DNA of 64,000 nucleotides from Polyangia bacterium (GTDB taxonomy: Bacteria > Myxococcota_A > Polyangia > JAAYKL01). Within the stretch, counting starts at the first letter, position 1, and every line of letters begins with the position of its first letter. Below are positions 38,494 through 47,797 of this stretch, piece after piece. The stretch lies in NCBI GenBank assembly GCA_050287845.1, contig JBNKCR010000118.1:18938-82937 (forward strand), in the 5' to 3' direction. Below the pieces are notes generated by a model, which was given only the letters and a program-made list of their open reading frames with translations, searched no databases and was not told the DNA's origin. A program made the position numbers and the translations under genes.

Positions 38494-39945
38494 ATGCCGA
38501 AATTGAATTGGGGACAGTACGATGTAAACCATGTATTTGACGAAATGATCGATGATAAACAGGACGTTCGTGCTCATTATCGTCTTTTTAATGAACGGAT
38601 GGGTCAGATTGGCTGGAAAAAGCTGAGTTCACTGCAGCACGCCACCGACCGCGCGCAGTTGTCTCAGGGAATGACATTCAATGTGTACAGTGATGACCAG
38701 GGAGTGGAGCGTATTCTTCACCTCGACATCATTCCCCGAATTATTCCCGCCGAGTCATGGCAACAGATTGAAAAGGGCCTGACCCAGCGAATCACAGCGT
38801 TGAATCTGTTTATTCAGGACATTTATGGAGAGCAGAAAATCCTTCGCGACAAGGTGATCCCCGACGAACTGATTCTTTCCAGTGCCAACTATCTCAGGCA
38901 GTGTCATGCGCTCAAGCCGCCCCGGGACATCTGGTGTCACATTACCGGCACAGATATTATCCGGGGAGCGGATGGTGGATTTCATGTGCTCGAAGACAAT
39001 CTGCGCTGCCCCTCTGGTGTGTCCTATATGATTGAGAATCGGGAGATCCTCAAACGGACCTTTCCCGAAGTTTTTGAGAAATTGAATGTGAGACCAGTGA
39101 CCAACTACACCCATCTGCTTCGGGACATGCTGGAATCGCTTTCTCCACGAAATCCCGCGGTAGTCGCCGTGCTTACCCCCGGCAGTTATAACTCCGCCTA
39201 CTATGAGCATTCGTATCTGGCCCAGCAGATGGGAGCGGAGCTGGTGGAAGGACAGGATCTCGTGGTCCGGGATGATTGTGTGTACATGGTGACCACCCAT
39301 GGACTGCGGCGTGTGGATGTGATTTACCGTCGCATTGATGACGAGTTCATTGACCCCACGGTGTTTCGTGCGGACTCGCTGCTGGGGGTTCCGGGCATTT
39401 TTAACGCGTACCGGAAGGGTAACGTGGTGCTGGTGAACGCGCCGGGCACCGGAGTTGCAGATGACAAGGCCGTCTATGCCTATGTACCGAGAATTATCCG
39501 CTACTATCTCGACGAAGAGATTCTGCTGCCCAATGTGCACACGTATATCTGTGCGGAGGCGGACGACCGCCAGTATGTGTTGGAGAATCTCAAGGACCTG
39601 GTGGTAAAGCAAACAGATGCGTCCGGGGGATACGGCATGCTGATTGGACCCGCTTCCACAAAGGCGGAACAGGCGGAGTTTGCGTTGCGAATCAGGGAGA
39701 ATCCACGGAAGTATATTGCGCAGCCGGTGATTCAGCTTTCCCGGGTGCCCACTGTAACCGATGACGGCGTGGAAGGACGACACGTGGATTTGCGTCCGTA
39801 TATTCTCTATGGCAATAAGGTGCAGATTGTTCCCGGCGCACTCACCCGGGTGGCGCTCAAAAAGGGATCGCTGGTGGTGAATTCATCCCAGGGAGGGGGC
39901 AGCAAGGACACCTGGGTACTTTTGGGGGAGGATGATCATGCTTAG
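38494..39945 (+). CDS. Circularly permuted ATP-grasp type 2 protein (DUF404/DUF407), first gene of the Anbu-type operon
   Basis: It is about 480 aa and contains the characteristic blocks VVAVLTPGSYNSAYYEHSYLA and VDVIYRRIDDEFIDP. Conserved neighbours follow it. Confidence 0.65.
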   Translation: MPKLNWGQYDVNHVFDEMIDDKQDVRAHYRLFNERMGQIGWKKLSSLQHATDRAQLSQGMTFNVYSDDQGVERILHLDIIPRIIPAESWQQIEKGLTQRITALNLFIQDIYGEQKILRDKVIPDELILSSANYLRQCHALKPPRDIWCHITGTDIIRGADGGFHVLEDNLRCPSGVSYMIENREILKRTFPEVFEKLNVRPVTNYTHLLRDMLESLSPRNPAVVAVLTPGSYNSAYYEHSYLAQQMGAELVEGQDLVVRDDCVYMVTTHGLRRVDVIYRRIDDEFIDPTVFRADSLLGVPGIFNAYRKGNVVLVNAPGTGVADDKAVYAYVPRIIRYYLDEEILLPNVHTYICAEADDRQYVLENLKDLVVKQTDASGGYGMLIGPASTKAEQAEFALRIRENPRKYIAQPVIQLSRVPTVTDDGVEGRHVDLRPYILYGNKVQIVPGALTRVALKKGSLVVNSSQGGGSKDTWVLLGEDDHA

Positions 39946-40921
39946 TCGTGTTGCCAATACGGTTTACTGGATGAACCGATACCTGGAACGCGCAGAAAAT
40001 TATGCGCGATTCATTGATGTGAATTACAACCTGTCACTGGATATGCCCCATGACCAAACCGAATCCTGGAAGCCCCTCATTGTGACCACGGGGGACTGGG
40101 CGCTGTTTGAGCAGTTGCACGGAAAAGAAAGCCGAAGCGCCGCCATCGAATTTCTGGGATTCCAGGAGGAAAATCCGAGCTCCATCTTTAACTGTATCAC
40201 CAATGCCCGTGAAAACGCGCGGTCCATTCGGCCGGACATCACCCGGGAAATCTGGGAGCAGATTAACGCCATGTACTACGCAGTCCAGGAAGGGCGGCAG
40301 AAGAAACTGTGGCAAAGGAAGGATCCAAGGCCGTTTTTCAATGAAGTGAAAAAGGGCTGTCAGTTGCTCTACGGTATGTTCGACGTGATTCTGGCGCGAA
40401 ATGACAGCTGGCACTTTGGCAACCTTGGCCGATTGATTGAGCGTGCAGACAAGACGTCGAGAATTCTGGATGTGAAATTTCATCTGCTCCATGCAGAGAC
40501 CGACGCCCACGCGTTTCCCACGGAGCTGGTGCAGGCCGTGGCGCTGTTGAAGTCGGCAAGTGCCTACGATATGTACCGAAAAAAATATGGACGCTTGAGT
40601 ATTCGCAATATCACCCAGTTTCTGATATTCGATACCGATTTTCCCCGGGCCATGCACCGCTGTCTGATGATCGCGGAAAAGTCGCTGATTACCGTTTCAA
40701 AGGGGCGGCCCGGCCCCAAGACGGGTGCGGAAAAAGAGCTGGGAATGCTGAGAGCACAGCTGGAGTATTCCGACGTCGGCGATATATCACCGGAATCGAT
40801 GCATGATTTTCTCGATAATTTTCAGCAGAAGCTCAATCAGATTTCAGATGCCATCTTCACTGATTTCTTTTCGATTGCCAACATCCAGCAGCAGACTGCG
40901 GAAGGATATTTTTCTCAATGA
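39932..40921 (+). CDS. Alpha-E domain protein (DUF403)
   Basis: The N-terminus LSRVANTVYWMNRYLERAENYARF is typical of alpha-E. It overlaps the upstream gene by 14 nt. Confidence 0.65.
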   Translation: MIMLSRVANTVYWMNRYLERAENYARFIDVNYNLSLDMPHDQTESWKPLIVTTGDWALFEQLHGKESRSAAIEFLGFQEENPSSIFNCITNARENARSIRPDITREIWEQINAMYYAVQEGRQKKLWQRKDPRPFFNEVKKGCQLLYGMFDVILARNDSWHFGNLGRLIERADKTSRILDVKFHLLHAETDAHAFPTELVQAVALLKSASAYDMYRKKYGRLSIRNITQFLIFDTDFPRAMHRCLMIAEKSLITVSKGRPGPKTGAEKELGMLRAQLEYSDVGDISPESMHDFLDNFQQKLNQISDAIFTDFFSIANIQQQTAEGYFSQ

Positions 40922-41646
40922 CATATTGCCTTGCCATTAAACTCGAATCCGGTTTCATCGGTATCTCTGATACAAGAATCACCTCCGGAAATATGACCAC
41001 CACAGCCAAAAAGGTATTTACCATCAATGGAGACAATCACTCCTTTTTTATCATGACCTCCGGGCTACGCTCCGTGCGGGACAAGGCCATCACATATTTT
41101 AATGAAACCATCGACAGTGAGGACGAAAATTTCAATAAACTGTACAAGGCGGTGAACGCTTTTGCCAGCCAGGTGAAACGGGTTGCCAGGGAAGACAGGG
41201 AGGCGCTGATGGAATCCGGGTTCAATTTCAACCTGCATTCCATTGTTGGCGGTCAGCTCCAGGATGATGCTGAGCACAAGATTTATCTGCTGTATCCGGA
41301 AGGAAACTGGATTGAGGTTTCCGACGGTTCGCCGTTTGTGATCATTGGCAACAGCGGATATGGCAAACCCATTCTCGACCGGACCGTCACGTATCAGTCG
41401 ACCATGCAGTTTGCGCTGAAAGCCGGATTCCTGTCCTTCGACGCCACCCGAATCAGCACCAATGATGTGGGATTTCCCATTGATGTATTGTGCTATCTGA
41501 AAAACAGTTATCGCATTGAGGAGCAACGGTACACCCGGGATGATTTGCGGGACGTTTCAAAGTTCTGGGGCAATAAACTGAGCGAATCGGTTGACAGTCT
41601 TCCCGACGAATGGACGCATCGACTGGGTGCGTTGAAACAGTTGTGA
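40918..41646 (+). CDS. Anbu (ancestral beta-subunit) proteasome-type Ntn peptidase
   Basis: The N-terminus is MTYCLAIKL… (Thr at +2 after Met). It is about 240 aa. It overlaps upstream by 4 nt (ATGA). It sits in the canonical position between alpha-E and transglutaminase. Confidence 0.6.
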   Translation: MTYCLAIKLESGFIGISDTRITSGNMTTTAKKVFTINGDNHSFFIMTSGLRSVRDKAITYFNETIDSEDENFNKLYKAVNAFASQVKRVAREDREALMESGFNFNLHSIVGGQLQDDAEHKIYLLYPEGNWIEVSDGSPFVIIGNSGYGKPILDRTVTYQSTMQFALKAGFLSFDATRISTNDVGFPIDVLCYLKNSYRIEEQRYTRDDLRDVSKFWGNKLSESVDSLPDEWTHRLGALKQL

Positions 41647-42533
41647 ATTCGCAGAACACAAAAGATGCGGTGCGTTACGCGGTATCCCATCACACCAGGT
41701 ATGAGTTTGATCGGGAAGTGTTCCTCGAACCTCATCTGCTCCGGTTTTATCCCCGGAGTTCTTCCCTGTTGCAAACGTTATCCCATGCGCTGTCGATTTC
41801 TCCAGTCCCCGCTGGCCAGGCGGTGATTGAAGAATGTACCGGCGTCATCGCTCAATTGTGCTGGTTTGATGGCACCCATCGTCTGCTGGAGATAGCTGCG
41901 GAATTTACAGTCAGTCTGACGCACCGGAATCCGTTTTCGTTTCTGATATACCCATCAGACAATTTTGAGCTGCCAGTAAGATATGCAAACGAAAGCGGCG
42001 CGTTGCTCACCCCATCTCTGGCAACATCCCCATTGCCCGATGGGCTCATCCGTTTTGTCAATGACCAGAAAGCGGCAGCAGAGCGGCAGACCGTACCGTT
42101 CATCATGACACTTACCGACGCCATTTCCCGGCATTGTCAGGTGGTCATCCGCGAAGAAGGTCCTCCCCGCGCGCCGGAAGCGACATTCAGAATGCGGGAG
42201 GGCTCCTGCAGAGACCTGGCCTGGCTGCAGATTCATCTGCTGCGAAACGTCGGTATCGCCGCCCGCTTTGTCAGTGGCTATTTTTATCTGGAAGCCGAGG
42301 AACCCAGCTGGGAGTTGCACGCATGGGTGGAAGCATACATCCCCGGGGCCGGATGGTTCGGCGTGGATCCCTCTCATGGCATCGCATGCGCCCTTGGACA
42401 TATCCCAATGGCCGCCAGCCCCTTTCCCGACCAGACCCTCCCGGTGTCCGGCACATACCGCGGGGACGCAACGTCTCATTTGAGTCATCAGATTATCATT
42501 CACCGACTTTCAGTTCATGGGAGTAAACCCTAA
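41610..42533 (+). CDS. Transglutaminase-like cysteine protease-fold protein
   Basis: The Cys-His-Asp core is GSCRDLAWL … HAWVEAYIPGAGWFGVDPS. The start is uncertain: the track ATG overlaps the Anbu gene by 37 nt, and a GTG lies at about 41668. Confidence 0.65.
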   Translation: MDASTGCVETVVNSQNTKDAVRYAVSHHTRYEFDREVFLEPHLLRFYPRSSSLLQTLSHALSISPVPAGQAVIEECTGVIAQLCWFDGTHRLLEIAAEFTVSLTHRNPFSFLIYPSDNFELPVRYANESGALLTPSLATSPLPDGLIRFVNDQKAAAERQTVPFIMTLTDAISRHCQVVIREEGPPRAPEATFRMREGSCRDLAWLQIHLLRNVGIAARFVSGYFYLEAEEPSWELHAWVEAYIPGAGWFGVDPSHGIACALGHIPMAASPFPDQTLPVSGTYRGDATSHLSHQIIIHRLSVHGSKP

Positions 42534-42771
42534 GGTTTCAATTCATCATTTTTTGCAACGTTAGCGTGAAGTCTAATCATAATTGTGTGCCACGCAACGC
42601 GGACTGAACTCAATGAAAACACGATGGATACCTCCCGCTATCCAACGTGTCCGCTGGGTATGCCTGTCCCCTTTGTAAAGAAAGCAGGATCGACGACTCC
42701 GTCTGTTTACTTGTGGAGAGAAGCGGTTAAGTTGGTAGCGGCATTAACATTCAACCGAGGATGGCTGACGA

Positions 42772-44115
42772 ATGAACATTTCGCAAACGGAGAATCAACG
42801 GAGCACACCTTACAGGCACCGCGTGGTCATCATTGGTGCGGGATTCGGGGGATTGCATGCGGCAAAGGCATTTTCCCGGTTTTCAAATCTGCTGGAAGTC
42901 ATTCTCATCGACAAGGAAAATCATCACGTCTTTCAGCCGCTGTTGTACCAGGTGGCCACCGGAGGACTCTCTGCGGCCAATATTGCTGCACCGCTTCGAA
43001 TGCTGCTGCATCGGAAAAAAAATGTCTGGCTTCGACACGGCAAGGTCATTGACATTGATCTTTCTCGCCATGTGGTTCATCTCGAAGACAGTGATGTACT
43101 GTTCGATTCGCTCGTACTGGCGACTGGCGCTTCACCGGGGTACTTTGGTCATGAGGAATGGGAAGCCGTTGCACCGCCCCTGAAAACGCTGCATGACGCA
43201 CATCGCATTCGCAGTCAGGTGCTGAGCGCGTTCGAAAAGGCAGAATGGGAGATTGATGCCGGGAAGCGCGCATCGTTGCTGACGTTTGCCATTGTTGGCG
43301 GTGGCCCGACCGGAGTGGAGCTGGCAGGGGCGATTGCAGAACTGTCAAGGTCAACGGCGCCGCTGGAGTTTCTGAACATCGATACTACCAGCGCGCGCGT
43401 GATGCTGTTTCACGGGGGAGACCGACTGCTGCCGGCTTTTGCCATCAAGTCTTCTGAAAAGGCACAGCGTGCGTTGGAGGCGTTGGGAGTTGAGGTGTGT
43501 CTGAACCAGCATGTAGTGGACGTGGGCGCCGATGGCGTTCGCGTGAATACTGAAAATGGTGAGGTGACAATACCTGCGGCCACAATACTGTGGGCTGCGG
43601 GAACCCATGCTTCGTCATTGGCAAAAAAAGTGGCCGATCAGGCAGGGCTTGAGGTGGACCGGCACGGATGCATCCCCGTAGATGCAAATCTGCGCATTGC
43701 CGGGTATCCATCGGTATATGCCATTGGTGATGTCGCCCATTTCGAACTGGACGGCCAACCAGCGTTGCCCGCGCTGGCACCCGTGGCGATTCAGCAGGGG
43801 CGGCATGTGGCTCGGCAAGTGGTTCGTCAGTTAAAAAACAGACCGGTGAAACCGTTTCGATACACCGACAAAGGAAATCTGGCCACCGTTGGTCATCGGT
43901 TTGCGGTGGGTAATGTGGGGGAGGTTACTTTCTCAGGCGCGATTGGGTGGTTCTTCTGGGCGGTGGTTCATCTGTATTATCTCATCGGTTTCGAAAACCG
44001 ATTGCTGGTGTTCATTCAATGGGCGTTTAACTATCTGATTCAGAACAGAGATGCCCGACTCATCTTTCGCAGTTGCCATGAAACCGCCAATTCGGACGGG
44101 GAGACCGCATCATGA
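42772..44115 (+). CDS. ndh: Type II NADH dehydrogenase (NDH-2)
   Basis: Two Rossmann GxGxxG motifs are present (VIIGAGFGG and IVGGGPTGVELAG). A C-terminal membrane-anchor helix is present. Confidence 0.8.
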   Translation: MNISQTENQRSTPYRHRVVIIGAGFGGLHAAKAFSRFSNLLEVILIDKENHHVFQPLLYQVATGGLSAANIAAPLRMLLHRKKNVWLRHGKVIDIDLSRHVVHLEDSDVLFDSLVLATGASPGYFGHEEWEAVAPPLKTLHDAHRIRSQVLSAFEKAEWEIDAGKRASLLTFAIVGGGPTGVELAGAIAELSRSTAPLEFLNIDTTSARVMLFHGGDRLLPAFAIKSSEKAQRALEALGVEVCLNQHVVDVGADGVRVNTENGEVTIPAATILWAAGTHASSLAKKVADQAGLEVDRHGCIPVDANLRIAGYPSVYAIGDVAHFELDGQPALPALAPVAIQQGRHVARQVVRQLKNRPVKPFRYTDKGNLATVGHRFAVGNVGEVTFSGAIGWFFWAVVHLYYLIGFENRLLVFIQWAFNYLIQNRDARLIFRSCHETANSDGETAS

Positions 44116-46337
44116 ACCAGAACGCCAGTTCTACAGACATCGTAAAAGCAAACAAGTTCGGCACATTCAAGGGGGTTTTCACACCGTCGATACTCACCAT
44201 ACTCGGCGTGATCATGTTTCTCCGCTTCGGCTGGGTAGTGGGGCATGGCGGATTGATTGGCGCCATTCTGGTGGTGCTGCTGGCCCATGTGATTTCGTAT
44301 ACCACCGGACTCAGCGTCAGCTCCATTGCCACCAATCGCACGGTGAAAGCAGGGGGCGACTATTATATGATATCGCGCAGTCTGGGGCTACCCATTGGCG
44401 GGGCTATTGGATTGGCGCTCTTTTTTGCGCTGGCACTGTCCACCAGTCTGTATATTCTGGGGTTTGCCGAGTCGTTTATTGCGGCGTTTCAACTGGAAAA
44501 CACCCTGTTCAACCGACAACTCATCGGCGGGATCACCCTTGTGGTGATTACAGGCGTGACGTTTTTCAGCACCTCGCTGGCGTTGAAGATGCAGTACTTT
44601 GTGCTGGCGATCATTTTACTTTCGCTGGCCTCGCTGTTTCTTGGGGAAGGGGAATTTCGAAAGCCGTCAGACATACAGTTGTGGTTTAACGACAGCTCCG
44701 CATCGTTTGAAACAATCTTTGCCGTGTTTTTTCCAGCGGTGACCGGATTTACCGCAGGAGTGGCCATGTCCGGCGATCTGAAAGATCCCCGGGTGTCCAT
44801 TCCACGGGGTACCCTGTGGGCTGTCACTGTGGGGTTGCTCATGTATCTGGCCATACCGGTGTTTCTGGCCTTTACAGTGGATCCCCAGCAGCTTCGCGAT
44901 GATCCGATGATCTGGATGAAGGTGGCCAGAGTGCCGCAACTGATTGTGGCCGGGGTCTTCGCTGCGACCATCTCGTCTGCGCTGGGTAGTGTGATGGGCG
45001 CACCCCGATATTTGCAGGCGCTGGCGATGGACAGGGTGGTGCCCCGCTTTCTGGGCAGGGGATATGGGGCACTCAACGAGCCGCGTATCGGTACCATCGT
45101 GACGTTTCTGGTGGCTGGCGCCGGTATTGCGGTGGGAGAACTGGACCTGATAGCCCGAATTATCACCATGTTCTTTCTGACCAGTTACGGGTTCATCTGT
45201 CTGGCCAGCGGGATCCAGACGTGGAGTGGTATTGCCAGTTTCAGACCGGACTTTAAGACACCGGCCTGGTTAAGCTTTCTGGGGGCGGCGGTTTGTCTGG
45301 GTATCATGTTCAAGCTGGATACAATCGCCATGGTGGCCGCCACCCTGTCGATGATGGCTATTTTTGCGATTCTCCACCATCGGAATTTTAAGTCCACTCC
45401 CACCGATACCTGGGGTGGTTTCTGGGCGGCTGTTGTACAGAAAGGGCTTGTTCAGCTTCAATTGCGCGAAGACGATTCAAAAAACTGGCGTCCCAATGCT
45501 ATCGTGTTCGGGGGTGAACCGTCGGAACGGCAGCATCTGGTGCATCTGTCACAGTGGATGGTGCGCAATCGGGGGATTGCCACCTATTTTTATCTGATTC
45601 AGGGAGATATCATTCTGGAAGCACGCAGGGCAGCGCGAATTACACCGTCCACCCGGGATGGCGTACGAACTATCTATCCCGAAATGTTCGCTCAGGTGGC
45701 GGTGACCGAAGATATCTATGAAGGGATTGTGAGTACCGCGCAGGCCCATGGCCTTTCGGGGATGAAACCCAATACGGTGATTATGGGATGGGGAAAGGAG
45801 TGCGATGATCCGGCGAAATTTGCCCATCTGATTCGAAACCTGATTGCCCTGGATCACAATCTGCTTCTCATGAAATACGATGACCGGCACCGGTTTGGCA
45901 AACGGGAGACCATTGATATCTGTTGGGGCGGTCTGGACCGCAACGGTGACCTGATGTTGTTGAGCGCCTGGCTCATCTCCACCGCAGAGGAGTGGCATCG
46001 GGCGACCATTCGCATTCACGTGTTTATTTTCGATGACGCACAGCGGAAAATCGCAGAGCTGAGCCTCAACCGTATCCTTCGCGACGCCAGGGTAAAAGCG
46101 CAGTCCAATATAGTGAGTTGCGGCAAAGATGCCGAGGCGGTGTCGAGAGCCATCTCTGATGCCGCCAGAGACAGTGATTTAACGATTCTGGGCCTTCGGG
46201 CGCCGGATGAATCTGAAGGCGGAGACTGGGTGGCCCATGTGAATCGTCTGATTGACCCGCTGCGGACCGTTCTTTTGGTGCGGGCCTCCAGCAGATTCGA
46301 AGGGGATGAAGTGCTGTTTGACGACGAAGAAGAATGA
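44112..46337 (+). CDS. APC-superfamily permease with a large cytoplasmic C-terminal domain (SLC12 cation-chloride cotransporter-like)
   Basis: Twelve TM helices are followed by an approximately 270-aa soluble tail. It overlaps ndh by 4 nt (ATGA). Confidence 0.5.
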   Translation: MNQNASSTDIVKANKFGTFKGVFTPSILTILGVIMFLRFGWVVGHGGLIGAILVVLLAHVISYTTGLSVSSIATNRTVKAGGDYYMISRSLGLPIGGAIGLALFFALALSTSLYILGFAESFIAAFQLENTLFNRQLIGGITLVVITGVTFFSTSLALKMQYFVLAIILLSLASLFLGEGEFRKPSDIQLWFNDSSASFETIFAVFFPAVTGFTAGVAMSGDLKDPRVSIPRGTLWAVTVGLLMYLAIPVFLAFTVDPQQLRDDPMIWMKVARVPQLIVAGVFAATISSALGSVMGAPRYLQALAMDRVVPRFLGRGYGALNEPRIGTIVTFLVAGAGIAVGELDLIARIITMFFLTSYGFICLASGIQTWSGIASFRPDFKTPAWLSFLGAAVCLGIMFKLDTIAMVAATLSMMAIFAILHHRNFKSTPTDTWGGFWAAVVQKGLVQLQLREDDSKNWRPNAIVFGGEPSERQHLVHLSQWMVRNRGIATYFYLIQGDIILEARRAARITPSTRDGVRTIYPEMFAQVAVTEDIYEGIVSTAQAHGLSGMKPNTVIMGWGKECDDPAKFAHLIRNLIALDHNLLLMKYDDRHRFGKRETIDICWGGLDRNGDLMLLSAWLISTAEEWHRATIRIHVFIFDDAQRKIAELSLNRILRDARVKAQSNIVSCGKDAEAVSRAISDAARDSDLTILGLRAPDESEGGDWVAHVNRLIDPLRTVLLVRASSRFEGDEVLFDDEEE

Positions 46338-46540
46338 ATTTGATTGTTCTTCAATGCGCGTTTGTAGGATGCCGGGCCGCCAACGGTGTATTTTTTATGG
46401 TGTATATCCAGATTTTAAGGGCACTTTTCTGTAAAAAAGTGCGCTCGGAAAAACTAATTTGATACAATTCCACCAGTTCGGTGGTCATTTTTCACACAAT
46501 TCGATGACACGACGCAGATGTCTATTTTCACAAGGAGTAA

Positions 46541-47662
46541 ATGATGAGCATTTCCAGAAGAACGATTCAATTTGTTGTTGTGATATTGATGGGGGTGGCA
46601 TTGTCCATGTGTTCCGAATCAGGAAATGGCAAAGAGGGAAATAGCACGGACACGGATACGGACACGGACACGGACACGGATACGGACACGGATACGGACA
46701 CGGACACGGATGCGGACACGGACACGGATACGGATACGGATACGGACACGGACACGGACACGGATACGGATACGGATACGGATACGGATACGGACACGGA
46801 TACGGATGCGGATGCGGACACGGACATGGATACAGACACGGATACGGATACGGATACGGATACGGATACGGACACGGATACGGATACGGATACGGACACG
46901 ACGGATATTCAACCGAGCGCGGGATGCGGAAAGACGCCCACACTGAAGAACAGTCCCTCGGGGCCAAGTCAGAATACGCTTTCGGTGTCGGGCGCGAACC
47001 GGGAATTTATTATTCGCTTACCCGATAACTACGACAACACGCGCCCCCACAGACTCATCATCGGTCTGCACGGTGCTGGAGGAAGCGATGCGGAGATCGG
47101 TCCGTCATACTTCGGACTGTTCGACCTCGCAAACGACAGTACGATTTTTGCTGCTCCCTCCGCGAATGGTGGTTTCTGGAACGCCGAAGCAGATACAGCC
47201 TTTGTCGACGCGATCCTGGATGCGATGGAGGCGGATCTCTGCATTGACACGTCTCGAATCATGCTGGAAGGATTCAGCCAGGGCGCGGCCATGGCGAGGG
47301 TGCTCGCCTGCGCGCGTCCCGGGCGATTTCGCGCTGTTATTGGTCACTCCGCCGGCGGTGTGGACATGCCCTCGACGTGCGAACCCGTGCCATACCTTGG
47401 CTCCCTCGGCCTTTCAGACATCATGCCCAATTCACAGGAAACGCAGACGGATCCGTTTGCCGAGTGGAATGGATGTACGATCACCGCATTGCCCACGGCA
47501 CCGGGTGGGGGGCATGTTTGCACGGACTACTCGGATTGCCCGACGGAGTTTCCGGTTCGATGGTGTTCTTACGATGGCGGCCACACACCTTCTCCCACAG
47601 ATTCCGGACAGTTTTCTTCATGGATGCCTGATGAGGTCTGGACATTTGTAAACCTGTTTTAA
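46541..47662 (+). CDS. Secreted esterase, PHB-depolymerase/feruloyl-esterase family, with a (DT)n linker of about 85 aa
   Basis: A signal peptide is followed by perfect DTDTDT repeats, then LHGAGGSDAE…GFSQGAAM (GxSxG) …GHSAGG. Confidence 0.7.
   Translation: MMSISRRTIQFVVVILMGVALSMCSESGNGKEGNSTDTDTDTDTDTDTDTDTDTDTDADTDTDTDTDTDTDTDTDTDTDTDTDTDTDTDADADTDMDTDTDTDTDTDTDTDTDTDTDTDTTDIQPSAGCGKTPTLKNSPSGPSQNTLSVSGANREFIIRLPDNYDNTRPHRLIIGLHGAGGSDAEIGPSYFGLFDLANDSTIFAAPSANGGFWNAEADTAFVDAILDAMEADLCIDTSRIMLEGFSQGAAMARVLACARPGRFRAVIGHSAGGVDMPSTCEPVPYLGSLGLSDIMPNSQETQTDPFAEWNGCTITALPTAPGGGHVCTDYSDCPTEFPVRWCSYDGGHTPSPTDSGQFSSWMPDEVWTFVNLF
46646..46900 (+). repeat. Coding hexanucleotide microsatellite (gacacg/gatacg)n of about 42 units, encoding the (DT)n linker
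   Basis: Seen directly in the sequence. It creates artefactual ORFs in the other five frames (PYPY…, RIRIR…, VSVSV…). Confidence 0.9.
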
Positions 47663-47797
47663 TTTCGGAGGGCTTCGGTCGTATCTTCCAGGTTCGGGGT
47701 TCATTCAGATATCTCTCCGGTTTCAGAGGATCTGAAATTTGGCGACAACCTGTGCAACGTAGCCTGAAGTCCGGGGCACGAGGAATGAATGGCGAGC

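Noticed and set aside
46646-46900. Possible CRISPR array suggested by the highly regular short repeats here and at 50030-50225
   Set aside because: There are no spacers. The units are contiguous 6-nt repeats inside ORFs encoding dipeptide linkers. No cas genes are present.
46485-46967. Minus-strand and alternate-frame ORFs reading the (DT)n microsatellite as PYPYPCPYPY…, RIRIRVRIR… and SVSVSVSV… (also 46567-46899, 46619-46912, 46626-46946)
   Set aside because: These are frame artefacts of the hexanucleotide repeat inside the esterase gene. The plus-strand frame has a signal peptide and a catalytic domain, and the others have neither.
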